DNA of 26,096 nt from Fibrobacterales bacterium (GCA_051532055.1 JAOPTX010000008.1:169902-195997); one strand, 5' to 3'. Positions 1 to 9,260 are shown, numbered from the stretch's first letter. Made by a program: numbers and translations. The notes: a model not told the origin generated them from the sequence alone.

Positions 1-20
1 CTTCGAGTCCTTTTTTTATT
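1..20. terminator. Probable right half of a bidirectional intrinsic terminator downstream of glyA, cut by the window edge
   Basis: GAGTCC followed by T7, just beyond the glyA stop; the other stem arm would lie outside the window. Confidence 0.35.
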
Positions 21-33
21 TTGAATTCTACTC

Positions 34-1272
34 TTATTTGTAGAGAGGGAATTTAATGCAGAGATCTTTTACTGTCTGACGAATTTCAACAAGTTTTGCT
101 TCGTCTTCATGACACTCAAGAGCATCACAAATTGCATTTGCAATAACTTCCATCTCTGGAGCACCCATATCACGAGTAGTTACTGCTGCAGTTCCTAGAC
201 GAACCCCCGATGGTGAGAACGGTGACCGCGGATCAAAAGGCACAGTTGATCGTGATGTAGAGATTCCTACTTCATCAAGGATTTGCTCTGCTTTTTTACC
301 TGGAATTTCTTTAGACGCAAAAGTATCCATAATCATAAGATGATTGTCTGTACCACCAGATATAATTTTGATGCCACGTGCCTGAATGACTTCAGCCATT
401 TTTTGCGCATTAGTAATAACATTTTTTGCATATACTTGAAATGATGGATCAAGAGCTTCTTTGAATGCTACAGCTTTTGCGGCAGTCACATTATCATGTG
501 GTCCGCCTTGAAGACCAGGGAATACCGCACGGTCAATTGCTTTTGCATGCTCTTCTTTACACATAATGATTGCACCGCGTGGTCCACGGAGTGTTTTATG
601 TGTAGTTGTTGTTACCACATCAAAAAATGGAACAGGATTTTCAATTGCTTTACCAGCGATAAGACCAGCAATGTGAGCAATATCAGCAAAAGTAATTGCT
701 CCAACTTCGTCAGCAATCTCTTTGAATTTCTTCCAATCAATATCCCTTGAATACGCAGAGAAGCCAGCAAGAATCATTTTTGGCTTTTCCTTCAGTGCTA
801 TTTCACGAACTTTTTCCATGTCGATATGTCCAGACTCTTGATCTACTTCGTACTGTACAAAATCATAGAGTTTACCAGAAAAGTTTACTGGGTGACCATG
901 TGATAGGTGCCCACCGTGATCGAGTTTAAGTCCAAGAACTTTATCACCTGGCTCAATCATAGCAAAGTATACTGCAGTGTTTGCGGGTGAACCAGAAAGT
1001 GCTTGTACATTTACATGCTCAGCGCCAAAAAGCTCTTTTGCACGATCGATTGCCATTTGTTCTACTTCATCTATAACTTCATTACCACCGTAATAGCGTT
1101 TTCCAACATACCCTTCAGAGTATTTGTTAGTCAGGCACGTACCGAGTGCCTCCATAACAGCTTTTGACGCATAGTTTTCTGATGCAATCAGTTCAATACC
1201 ATACTCCTGGCGCTCCTCTTCTTTAGTAATAAGATTTGCGAGATCAGCATCCTGGTTTTGTAATAAACTCAT
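34..1272 (-). CDS. glyA: Serine hydroxymethyltransferase
   Basis: Motifs ELIASEN, NKYSEGY, GGHLSHG and TTTTHKTLRGPRG (PLP lysine); AAAGGA SD before the ATG. Confidence 0.98.
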   Translation of the reverse strand: MSLLQNQDADLANLITKEEERQEYGIELIASENYASKAVMEALGTCLTNKYSEGYVGKRYYGGNEVIDEVEQMAIDRAKELFGAEHVNVQALSGSPANTAVYFAMIEPGDKVLGLKLDHGGHLSHGHPVNFSGKLYDFVQYEVDQESGHIDMEKVREIALKEKPKMILAGFSAYSRDIDWKKFKEIADEVGAITFADIAHIAGLIAGKAIENPVPFFDVVTTTTHKTLRGPRGAIIMCKEEHAKAIDRAVFPGLQGGPHDNVTAAKAVAFKEALDPSFQVYAKNVITNAQKMAEVIQARGIKIISGGTDNHLMIMDTFASKEIPGKKAEQILDEVGISTSRSTVPFDPRSPFSPSGVRLGTAAVTTRDMGAPEMEVIANAICDALECHEDEAKLVEIRQTVKDLCIKFPLYK

Positions 1273-1336
1273 GTATTTTCCTTTGTTGTTATTTTGTATT
1301 AATTTTTAATAAAGAGTGGCCTACAACTCGATCTAT

Positions 1337-2545
1337 TTAAGTTGTATATTCTGCGTTAATTTTTACATACTCATAAGAGAGATCTGTTGTCCAGACACGT
1401 GCAGATTCACTTCCCATTCCCAAATCTATCTCTATTGTGTATGATGACTCTTTTACATTCTTCTCTATTCTCTTTAAGTTATAGGTAATAGGCTGGCCAC
1501 CGCTCACGACCTTTACCCCTGCATAGTCAATCGCAACTCTTTCAGGAATAATTTGGAATTCACAGGCTCCAAGTGCAGCAATTACACGTCCCCAATTAGG
1601 GTCTTCGCCAAAAATAGCTGTTTTCACCAATTTTGAATTAGCAACAAAACGGCCAATATTACGAGCAACTGATGAAGTTACAGCATTTACCACATCAATC
1701 TCTACACATTTGGTAGCCCCTTCCCCATCTTCAACAATTTTTTTAGCGAGAGTATTAAGAACAAATTGGAGCGCTTCACGGAAATCATTTTGGTCGCCCT
1801 GCTCAAGGTGCTCATATTTTAGTAAGGAGGCATTATTAGAGAAAAGAAAACAGGTATCATTAGTACTCATGTCTCCATCAACAGAAATGGAGTTAAATGA
1901 CTTTTCAATCATCTCTTTATAGGTTTCATGAAACCATTCTGGCAATGCTATATCGGTAGTGACAAAGCCGAGCATCGTAGCCATGTTAGGGTGAATCATA
2001 CCAGATCCTTTTGATACTCCCCCTATTTTTACTCGATCCCCTGCAATAGTGACATCAACAGCACATGTTTTCGTCACCGTATCAGTAGTTAATATTGCTT
2101 CAGCAAAATGAACATCTGTATCTGAAAGAGAAGTACATGCATCAGGAATAGCTTTTGCAACAATGCCTAAATCAAGTTGCTGTCCAATAATTCCTGTAGA
2201 GCAGGCAACAATACTATTTTGTGGAAGAGAAAGGTTTTCCTCAACATCACGCACGATCTGCCACGCGGTATTAAATCCCTGTTTACCAGTACAGGCATTT
2301 GCATTTCCTGAATTTACGACAAGCCCATGAATTGCACCATTATTCTCTTGTAAAATCTGTTTAGATACTAATATGGGGGCAGCGGGAAATTGATTTTTTG
2401 TAAATACCCCGAAGCATCTACAGGGGAGTTTAGAGTAAATGACCCCTAAATCTTTTGATTTAGACTCTTTTATTCCTGCAGTAATCCCTGAAGAAATAAA
2501 CCCTTTTGGAGTTGAAACTGATCCATTTTCTATAATATCGAACAT
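1337..2545 (-). CDS. argJ: Glutamate N-acetyltransferase / ornithine acetyltransferase ArgJ
   Basis: Motifs NSGNANACTG, KGSGMIHPNMATML, DGDMSTND, DGEGATK, GEDPNWGR and YVKINAEYTT; start placed at MFDII (2545) rather than 2590. Confidence 0.96.
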   Translation of the reverse strand: MFDIIENGSVSTPKGFISSGITAGIKESKSKDLGVIYSKLPCRCFGVFTKNQFPAAPILVSKQILQENNGAIHGLVVNSGNANACTGKQGFNTAWQIVRDVEENLSLPQNSIVACSTGIIGQQLDLGIVAKAIPDACTSLSDTDVHFAEAILTTDTVTKTCAVDVTIAGDRVKIGGVSKGSGMIHPNMATMLGFVTTDIALPEWFHETYKEMIEKSFNSISVDGDMSTNDTCFLFSNNASLLKYEHLEQGDQNDFREALQFVLNTLAKKIVEDGEGATKCVEIDVVNAVTSSVARNIGRFVANSKLVKTAIFGEDPNWGRVIAALGACEFQIIPERVAIDYAGVKVVSGGQPITYNLKRIEKNVKESSYTIEIDLGMGSESARVWTTDLSYEYVKINAEYTT

Positions 2546-2687
2546 CTGTTCCCGAGCACTAAAGTATGAAATATGAGCTAAATTTAACATTTATTACCAT
2601 ATTTTGGGCTACTGCTCAGTACTATTTAGGAAAAAGGAGCCTTCCCCACCTAACTTTAACAGTTTTATAGTTTTAGGTGCTTCAATT

Positions 2688-2715
2688 TTGACAATTTGAT
2701 GCATTTGATTATCTT
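2688..2715 (+). promoter_or_regulatory. sigma70-type promoter for greA-holA
   Basis: TTGACA (2688-2693), 16 nt spacer, TATCTT (2710-2715). Confidence 0.6.
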
Positions 2716-2799
2716 TAAGTTATCCAAACAAAAGAGAACTCAATTGTAATATAAATTACAGTGAAATTTCTTTGTATTAACTGTTAACCAAATGATGCT

Positions 2800-3270
2800 A
2801 TGAATAATTCAATACCAATGCAAAAAGAGACCTACGACAAGTTAATCAGAGATTTAAGCCACCTCAAGAAAGTTGAACGTGTTGAAATTATTGAAGCCGT
2901 TCAAGATGCTCGTGAACAAGGCGACTTGAAAGAGAACGCAGAGTACCATGCTGCTCGTGAAAAGCAGAGTCAAATTGAAGACAAAATTGCTGAGATTGAA
3001 GATAAACTTTCAAGAGCACAGGTAATAGAACATGATACCGCTGGTGCAGATAAAGTACTTTTTGGCGCAACGGTTAAAGTAAAAAATGTTGACACCAACA
3101 AAGAGATCGAATACCAACTTGTCTCGCCTGATGCTGTTGATATTCTCAGTGGAAAAATATCAAATAACTCTCCTATAGGCCGTGCTCTTCTGGGCGCTAA
3201 AAGAGGTGAAATTATTGAAGCTCAGATTCCTCGTGGGCTCCTAAAATTAGAAATCCTGGACTACAAGTAA
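2800..3270 (+). CDS. greA: Transcription elongation factor GreA
   Basis: Motifs AREQGDLKENAEYHAAREKQ and ISNNSPIGRALLG; 156 aa. Confidence 0.97.
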   Translation: MNNSIPMQKETYDKLIRDLSHLKKVERVEIIEAVQDAREQGDLKENAEYHAAREKQSQIEDKIAEIEDKLSRAQVIEHDTAGADKVLFGATVKVKNVDTNKEIEYQLVSPDAVDILSGKISNNSPIGRALLGAKRGEIIEAQIPRGLLKLEILDYK

Positions 3271-3277
3271 TTAGACA

Positions 3278-4246
3278 ATGATTCGAGCATTTGTTGGGAA
3301 TGATGGGTTTAAAAAGGAGGCGGCAATTGATGCTGCTGTTAAAGAGTGGCTCGGCGACAGAGCCTCTGATACCTATGCTCGCACGAATGTATTTCCCGGT
3401 GATTCAAACGTAGACGAAAGTGTTGCACAAAGAGTATATCAGCTTTGTGAGTCTACTTCAATGTTTGCTGAAAAAAGCGTTGTTGTACTCTGGAATTTCG
3501 AAAAATTAAAGAGTGGTGATCAAGAAGAAATTTTTGAATATGTAAAAAATCCAAATCCTGAAACAGCACTTTTCATCGAAGCTGAAAAGCTCGATGGAAG
3601 AAAGGGCCTTGGGAAGTATCTTTCAAAAGAGAAACTTCTTCAAAAATTTGAACAGCCGTATGCAGATAAAATTCCCCCTTGGATAGTGCAACAAGCTCGT
3701 GATGAGTATAGCAAAGTAATTTCCATTCAAGATGCAGGGTATTTATGGGAACTCGTCGGTAGTGATCTTGCAATTGTTAATCGAGAACTTCAAAAACTCG
3801 CCCTCTATCTAAAAGATTCCCCCACTATAACTGCAGAGGTGATTCACGAAACGGTTGCATCTCAACGTGAAGCCACCGTTTTTGAATTACAAAATGCCTT
3901 TGGAAATCGTGATATAGATAAAGCAATACTCATACTGAAATCATTGCTAGAAAATGGGCAACACCCCATACTTATTACAAACATGCTCTATAAACATTAT
4001 AGCACTCTTCTTATGACTGAATATTTTGTTAGGCATAAAATGGCGCCTGATGCCATTGCAAAAGAGGTAGGTATGAATCCCTACATTTTTAAAAACATCA
4101 ACAACATTCCTGCGCAATCAAAAAAACGGCCAGCCTCCACTTTTCGACGTATTCTCATCAGATTAGCTGAAATTGAATGGAAACTAAAACTTGGCGAATT
4201 TTCAAAGTTTCATGAATTTGAGACTGCCTTAATACAGATGATATAA
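3278..4246 (+). CDS. holA: DNA polymerase III subunit delta
   Basis: SMFAEKSVVV, KLDGRK, ELVGSDL..NRELQKLALY and VFEL patterns; 322 aa; 7 nt after greA. Confidence 0.85.
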   Translation: MIRAFVGNDGFKKEAAIDAAVKEWLGDRASDTYARTNVFPGDSNVDESVAQRVYQLCESTSMFAEKSVVVLWNFEKLKSGDQEEIFEYVKNPNPETALFIEAEKLDGRKGLGKYLSKEKLLQKFEQPYADKIPPWIVQQARDEYSKVISIQDAGYLWELVGSDLAIVNRELQKLALYLKDSPTITAEVIHETVASQREATVFELQNAFGNRDIDKAILILKSLLENGQHPILITNMLYKHYSTLLMTEYFVRHKMAPDAIAKEVGMNPYIFKNINNIPAQSKKRPASTFRRILIRLAEIEWKLKLGEFSKFHEFETALIQMI

Positions 4247-4347
4247 CGCAATCACTGTCAATCAAACTCACCTCTTTAGATCATGAATAGACCAGAGTAC
4301 TTTGACTCATAAATGCTTCTTTTAGCTAAAAAACCATAAAAAAGCTT

Positions 4348-4401
4348 CTTTATGTAAAATTAACATAAAGTTTTGAACACTCTGTAAACAGTTCTTATTA
4401 T
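4348..4401 (+). promoter_or_regulatory. Candidate promoter of the GH16 gene with an upstream inverted repeat
   Basis: CTTTATGT-N7-ACATAAAG (4348-4370) directly before TTGAAC-17-TATTAT (4373-4401). Confidence 0.4.
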
Positions 4402-4531
4402 ATTACACTATATAACCAGTCAATGAACTGATATTTGTTGTACTCCAATATATATTAAGGGAAAAACAATTGGCTTCACACCATACATGCCGATATTACC
4501 TGCCTTTGCAAGGCATTATTTAGGATATCAT

Positions 4532-6352
4532 ATGAAATATATATTTCTATTAAGCGTAACATTCCTTTTGCTTCATTGTTCAACGGAGCCTGAATCAACA
4601 ACAAATAATTCAACAATTCCAGAGAGCTTGATCAGTGAAATGGAAAAAGCCTATAACACTAACATTTCGGAAATTGAAGTTACTTTTTACAACAAAAGTG
4701 ATAGCTCAGAGCTTTTTTCAAAGTGGTACGATGTTGAGTCCGGACGTGATGTAACCATTGAAGAAGATTCACTTGATGGAATTCCATTTTACCGAGAAGT
4801 GACCGGCTATCGAAGTACAAATAATAGTTCGGAACAAAATAATTCTTCTAATTCAAAAGAACCCAATGAAAGTTCCGATTATTCAGACGCTCAGGATCCA
4901 AACAGCTCAGATGATGAACCGGTTAGTGATTCGTCACTATCGTCAAACAACCAACAATCATCAGATGAAGAACCCATTGAAAGTGATGACACCCAATCTT
5001 CTGATACTGATACGCCTAAAGATTCTTCAGATGATACCGATCTCCGTCCTTTATTAGAATATGAACTTTTTCATTTTGAAAGAACTTTTACCGACTTTGG
5101 ATTTGGTGGTGGTTGTGAGAGTGACCCAACGCCCTGCCCTATTACATTTGAAAATGGTATTTATACATGGGACTATAACGGTCCAGATCTTCCCGCGAAA
5201 CAACAATGGGGCGGTATCATGATTACCGAATTTTGGGACGAAGTGACAGAATCTCCTCAAGGACATTCGACTCTCGGAGCAACATCTATTAAATTTGAAG
5301 CTCGTTCGCCTACTGGTGGTTCAGTAAAATTTGTTTCAGGTGTTCATGACGATGCCTCAATCACCATTGCTAATATTTCTTCTGATTGGGAAGAATATTC
5401 AATTGCACTTCCCGATGATTTTTCCTATGACTTTATTGATATGGCTCTTTCAGTGTGGCTCGAAGGTACTGATGAAAAAACAATTGAATTCAGAAATGTT
5501 CAATACTCATCTGATCCTGCTATATCTATGTGGGTAGAGGATTTTCTGGAAAACTTTGACGATGCGAATAGTTCATTAACAACCTGGGATGGCGGGCCAA
5601 GTACTTCTTTCTATAGAGAGCCTGCAAAAAACGCTGGATATGGCGGAATGGGTGAACAAAATAACTTAACCGAAAGTACCAATAATTCTCGTGTTGAAGA
5701 TGGCAAGCTTAAAATTATCAATACAATTGATGGTGGAACAATTAACTCAGCCAGAATAATATCTACCAAACAGTACACTTATGGTAAATTTGAAGCAAAA
5801 ATTAAAATGCCTACTGGCCCTAATGGCGTAATGGATGGTGCATCATGGCCATCATTTTGGCTCCTAGGCCAAGATAGTGACAAAGGGTGTTTACGAGAAC
5901 ACTGGCCATCGTGTGGTGAAATTGATATCGTAGAAGCAGGTGGTGCAAAACCTAATGATGTATATGGCACCAACCATTGGGGAAAAGATGCCTGGGATAA
6001 CAAAGCTGATCACGGTGACTCATATACACACTCAGAACCAATTAATAAGGCGTTTCATACCTACACTCTCATTTGGAGCCCCAATAAAATTAGTATGCTC
6101 TTTAATGGTGAGAAATATTTTAGTATGGACCTTACAGGCTACCTCGCCGATGGGACCTATTTTGATATACGTGGCTACTTTGCATTTAAAATGGAAATCA
6201 TCTTATTAAATACTGTTGGATCTGTTGGTGGGCTCTTTTATGGTATACATAGTGGGATAGTTGACCACGCAAACTACCCGCAAGTTATGGAAATAGATTA
6301 TGTGGGCCGGTGGAAAAGATGGAATGACAAATGGGCCTATGAAGGGTGGTAA
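4532..6352 (+). CDS. Lipoprotein glycoside hydrolase family 16 (laminarinase-like) with a Ser/Asp-rich linker and a putative CBM-like domain
   Basis: AGGA SD and signal peptide MKYIFLLSVTFLLLH-C; GH16 motifs YGKFEAKIKMP, WPSFWLLG, GEIDIVE, FHTYTLIW and MEIDYV. Confidence 0.88.
   Translation: MKYIFLLSVTFLLLHCSTEPESTTNNSTIPESLISEMEKAYNTNISEIEVTFYNKSDSSELFSKWYDVESGRDVTIEEDSLDGIPFYREVTGYRSTNNSSEQNNSSNSKEPNESSDYSDAQDPNSSDDEPVSDSSLSSNNQQSSDEEPIESDDTQSSDTDTPKDSSDDTDLRPLLEYELFHFERTFTDFGFGGGCESDPTPCPITFENGIYTWDYNGPDLPAKQQWGGIMITEFWDEVTESPQGHSTLGATSIKFEARSPTGGSVKFVSGVHDDASITIANISSDWEEYSIALPDDFSYDFIDMALSVWLEGTDEKTIEFRNVQYSSDPAISMWVEDFLENFDDANSSLTTWDGGPSTSFYREPAKNAGYGGMGEQNNLTESTNNSRVEDGKLKIINTIDGGTINSARIISTKQYTYGKFEAKIKMPTGPNGVMDGASWPSFWLLGQDSDKGCLREHWPSCGEIDIVEAGGAKPNDVYGTNHWGKDAWDNKADHGDSYTHSEPINKAFHTYTLIWSPNKISMLFNGEKYFSMDLTGYLADGTYFDIRGYFAFKMEIILLNTVGSVGGLFYGIHSGIVDHANYPQVMEIDYVGRWKRWNDKWAYEGW
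4810..5040 (+). repeat. Low-complexity Ser/Asp/Asn-rich coding linker with recurring SSD units
   Basis: Units ESSDY, NSSDDEP, QSSDEEP, QSSDTD and DSSDDT; TCAGATGA recurs in the DNA. Confidence 0.7.
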
Positions 6353-6412
6353 CCCTCTTTGTTGGCCCTTGAACTCTACTTTCCTGTAAATAGCTACGTT
6401 ACAACTCTTCCT

Positions 6413-6440
6413 TAAAAGTGTGATACAACTCACACTTTTA
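6413..6440. promoter_or_regulatory. Perfect inverted repeat with a CRP-family core (operator, or terminator of the GH16 gene)
   Basis: TAAAAGTGTGA-TACAAC-TCACACTTTTA; the core is TGTGA-N6-TCACA. Confidence 0.55.
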
Positions 6441-6536
6441 TTATATAGTCTATACAACTCAATCTCACCGAGTGATACCAATGAAATTATTGATCGTAAA
6501 TAGTATATTTCTGATACTAAATCATTTTGTTGAGAT

Positions 6537-8249
6537 ATGACCCCAGAATTTAAGAAATATTATGATGATGAGATGCGCTACCTTAAAGAGTCAGGCGCAG
6601 AGTTTGCCAAAGCATATCCTGATATTGGTTCATTTTTGGTTGATGGTGAAGATACCGACCCCTATGTAGAACGACTCCTCGAGGGGTTTGCTTTTATTAC
6701 TGCTCGATGCCGTGAAAATTTGAGTTTCGAATTTGAACAAATGTCCTCTCAGTTTATGGAGCTCTTTGCCCCTATGCAACTGAGAGAGTTCCCTTCAGTT
6801 ACTTTGCTCCAATGTAAAAATATAAGTAACAGAGAAGAGTTCCTTCCTAAAGGAAGCCTAGTCTCAAACAATCAAAATTTTCGATCCCCAAAGGCTATTC
6901 AATTTTCAACAACATCTGACCTCTCTATCTTGCCTATAAACCTCAATAATTGTAGTTTAAATAGCCGAGGTACTACATGTTCATTAGATTTTGGACTGTT
7001 CCCCAAAGCACATTCAAGTGACATTAGCGCAACAACAATTCCCCTATATATTAATGGGGATAATGAGTTAGTCTGGAGTATCATGCACACCTTGACTCAA
7101 GAAGTTGAGTCGGTTAGCATCACTGTTGACGGAAAAGAATACCCTACATCGCTCCCCCAAATTATTGCCTTTGATGAAGAACATGCCCTCACCCCCTTGA
7201 ACCTTGGTGAAATGAGCTCAGCACATCTCCTTCGAGAGTTCTTTATTTTTAAAGAAACTTTTCGTAGAATAGCATTTACTATACCGAGCGCTGTTGCTTT
7301 ACAGGCATATCGCTCATTTACCTTTAATCTCAATTTTAAAAAACCAATGGATAGCCGACTTCAAGAGTACATCCATAAAGACAATTTTGAGCTCAATGTG
7401 GTGCCTGCTGTAAATCTATTTATCGACAAAACTGAGCCAGTCAATGTGACTCACCGTAAACATGAGTATTTCATTAAACCGGCAAATAGTAATAAACTAC
7501 GTATTCATTCTCTTATCTCTGTTGAGGGTATAGCAAAAGAGAGTAATATGAAAAGAGCCTACCGTCCACATGACACTTATGCCGCTAGCAACTTTAATAA
7601 CTCCTATTACACCATGACCACTAGGAAAGACATCTACGGCAACCCCTGTTACTATATCTCGGTCTATTCGCCTCATGATGAGACAGTTATTGAAGAGTAT
7701 CTTTCCATCGATGCCTATTTAAGTCATGGTGTACGTGCTCGAAAAGAGGTGCTCCTTCACCAGCTCAATTACCTTAAGAGCCCAATTACACCTGATTCAA
7801 TAACCATTACTAATATTACAAAACCAAGTATTCCTATTGAAGCTGTACTACCTAAAGCTCACCTTTGGAATATATTTTCTGGTATAAACCAATCATTAGG
7901 CACCTTTTGTACTGCAGGCAACATGAAGGAGTTGTTACATCACTTTGCCCAATTTTCTCATCCAGGAAATAAACAATATATCGATACTATTATTGATGTA
8001 ACGTCAAAGCACACTTCTATTCCCCATCACGGAACACTCTACCCCGCTGTGACAATATCGATCTTTTTTAAAGATGAACGAATAAAAGAGTATTCAAAAG
8101 ATTCACTTGGAGTGCTCTCACTCCTCGGTCTCACTCTTCATACCTTTTTATCAGCAAATGTTGCAATGAATACCATGGTGAACCTAATCTTTGATATTGC
8201 ACCAGTTGGAATTACCTACCGCTGGGATGCATCGGTTCACAGCTTTTAA
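6537..8249 (+). CDS. tssF: Type VI secretion system baseplate subunit TssF, solitary
   Basis: N-terminal YYDDEMRYLKESGAEFAKAYP and DPYVERLLEGFAFITAR; central LLREFFIF and FELNVVPAVNLF; 570 aa. Confidence 0.88.
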   Translation: MTPEFKKYYDDEMRYLKESGAEFAKAYPDIGSFLVDGEDTDPYVERLLEGFAFITARCRENLSFEFEQMSSQFMELFAPMQLREFPSVTLLQCKNISNREEFLPKGSLVSNNQNFRSPKAIQFSTTSDLSILPINLNNCSLNSRGTTCSLDFGLFPKAHSSDISATTIPLYINGDNELVWSIMHTLTQEVESVSITVDGKEYPTSLPQIIAFDEEHALTPLNLGEMSSAHLLREFFIFKETFRRIAFTIPSAVALQAYRSFTFNLNFKKPMDSRLQEYIHKDNFELNVVPAVNLFIDKTEPVNVTHRKHEYFIKPANSNKLRIHSLISVEGIAKESNMKRAYRPHDTYAASNFNNSYYTMTTRKDIYGNPCYYISVYSPHDETVIEEYLSIDAYLSHGVRARKEVLLHQLNYLKSPITPDSITITNITKPSIPIEAVLPKAHLWNIFSGINQSLGTFCTAGNMKELLHHFAQFSHPGNKQYIDTIIDVTSKHTSIPHHGTLYPAVTISIFFKDERIKEYSKDSLGVLSLLGLTLHTFLSANVAMNTMVNLIFDIAPVGITYRWDASVHSF

Positions 8250-8258
8250 GATTGCTTT

Positions 8259-9209
8259 TTAAGTTAAACCCTTTAAAAGCTTTTGACACTCTTGGGTGAG
8301 TGGTGCATTAAATTCATATTCAAGCCCATCCCTATTTCTAATTCTCAGTGTTGCTGAGTGTAGAAACATCTCTCTAAAACTATGCTCTTTTCTATAATGA
8401 GCATTCCATTTAAAATCACCATACCGATCATCACCCAAAAGAGGATGTCCAAGATGATTAAAGTGAGTTCTGATTTGATGCATTCTTCCTGTTCCAAGTA
8501 CCACTTTTACGAGCGAGCAATCTCCATACTCCTCCAGTACCTCATAATGCGTAATGGATGTACGAACATTTTCTCCTTTTTGATCAGTTACTAATACTTT
8601 AGCTCCGCCCTCTTTGGTATCAGTTCTGAGTAAATCCAGGGTAATGGTCCCCTTTTTCTGTTCTAAATGCCCTTTTACCAATGCACGATACTCTTTATAC
8701 ACATCACGATTTCGCATCTGAGCAGTAAAATCTCTGAGTGAAGCCGCTGTTTTTGCAACTAATATTACTCCCGATGTTGCTTTATCGAGTCGGTGAACCA
8801 ATTGTGCTTTAAAACCATCTTCAGCAGGTTTACTATAATACCATACAAGCTCTATTAAGCTTTTACCCGGTGCTTGATTTGAACCAGGATGTACCGGTAC
8901 CCCTGCTGGTTTATTGAGCACCAAAAGCTCTTCATCTTCTTGAATGATGTCGAAGTTATATTTAAAAAATTCTGGTGAAACCGAAACCTCGCCCACTTCT
9001 TTCTCTTGGATTTCGATGGCCTCATAGATCTGAATAAGATCACCTTCGGCAAGCATCTGATTCTCTTTTGCTCTTTTGCCGTTTACCCGAACCTTCTTCT
9101 TTCGAAAAAGTTTAAAGATAAAATTAAGCGGATAGTTAAAGAGCTCTTTGCGTAAGAACCGATCTATCCGTTGATCTGCTGCGTTGGGGGTCACTTTAAT
9201 TTCTACCAT
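8259..9209 (-). CDS. RluA-family pseudouridine synthase with an S4 domain (RluC-like)
   Basis: Motifs QRIDRFLRK, VRVNGKR, NKPAGVPVH, VHRLDKATSG, GRMHQIRTH and GHPLLGDDRYG. Confidence 0.93.
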   Translation of the reverse strand: MVEIKVTPNAADQRIDRFLRKELFNYPLNFIFKLFRKKKVRVNGKRAKENQMLAEGDLIQIYEAIEIQEKEVGEVSVSPEFFKYNFDIIQEDEELLVLNKPAGVPVHPGSNQAPGKSLIELVWYYSKPAEDGFKAQLVHRLDKATSGVILVAKTAASLRDFTAQMRNRDVYKEYRALVKGHLEQKKGTITLDLLRTDTKEGGAKVLVTDQKGENVRTSITHYEVLEEYGDCSLVKVVLGTGRMHQIRTHFNHLGHPLLGDDRYGDFKWNAHYRKEHSFREMFLHSATLRIRNRDGLEYEFNAPLTQECQKLLKGLT

Positions 9210-9260
9210 GCCTAAAATGTAGAAATATTATGTAATCTCTGAGAACGTCAGTAGTGAGTT

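Noticed and set aside
6333..6368. GGGCC/AGGGT...ACCCT/GGCCC hairpin over the GH16 stop codon
   Set aside because: Short interrupted stems; it may be a weak terminator but cannot be supported.
6400..6480. Mini-CRISPR interpretation of the TACAACTC repeats
   Set aside because: The repeats are only 8 bp, unevenly spaced, and there are no cas genes.
4247..8258. GH16 plus tssF as a mobile island or effector module
   Set aside because: No integrase, transposase, tRNA or flanking repeats were seen, and the GH16 has a lipoprotein signal, which does not fit a T6SS effector.
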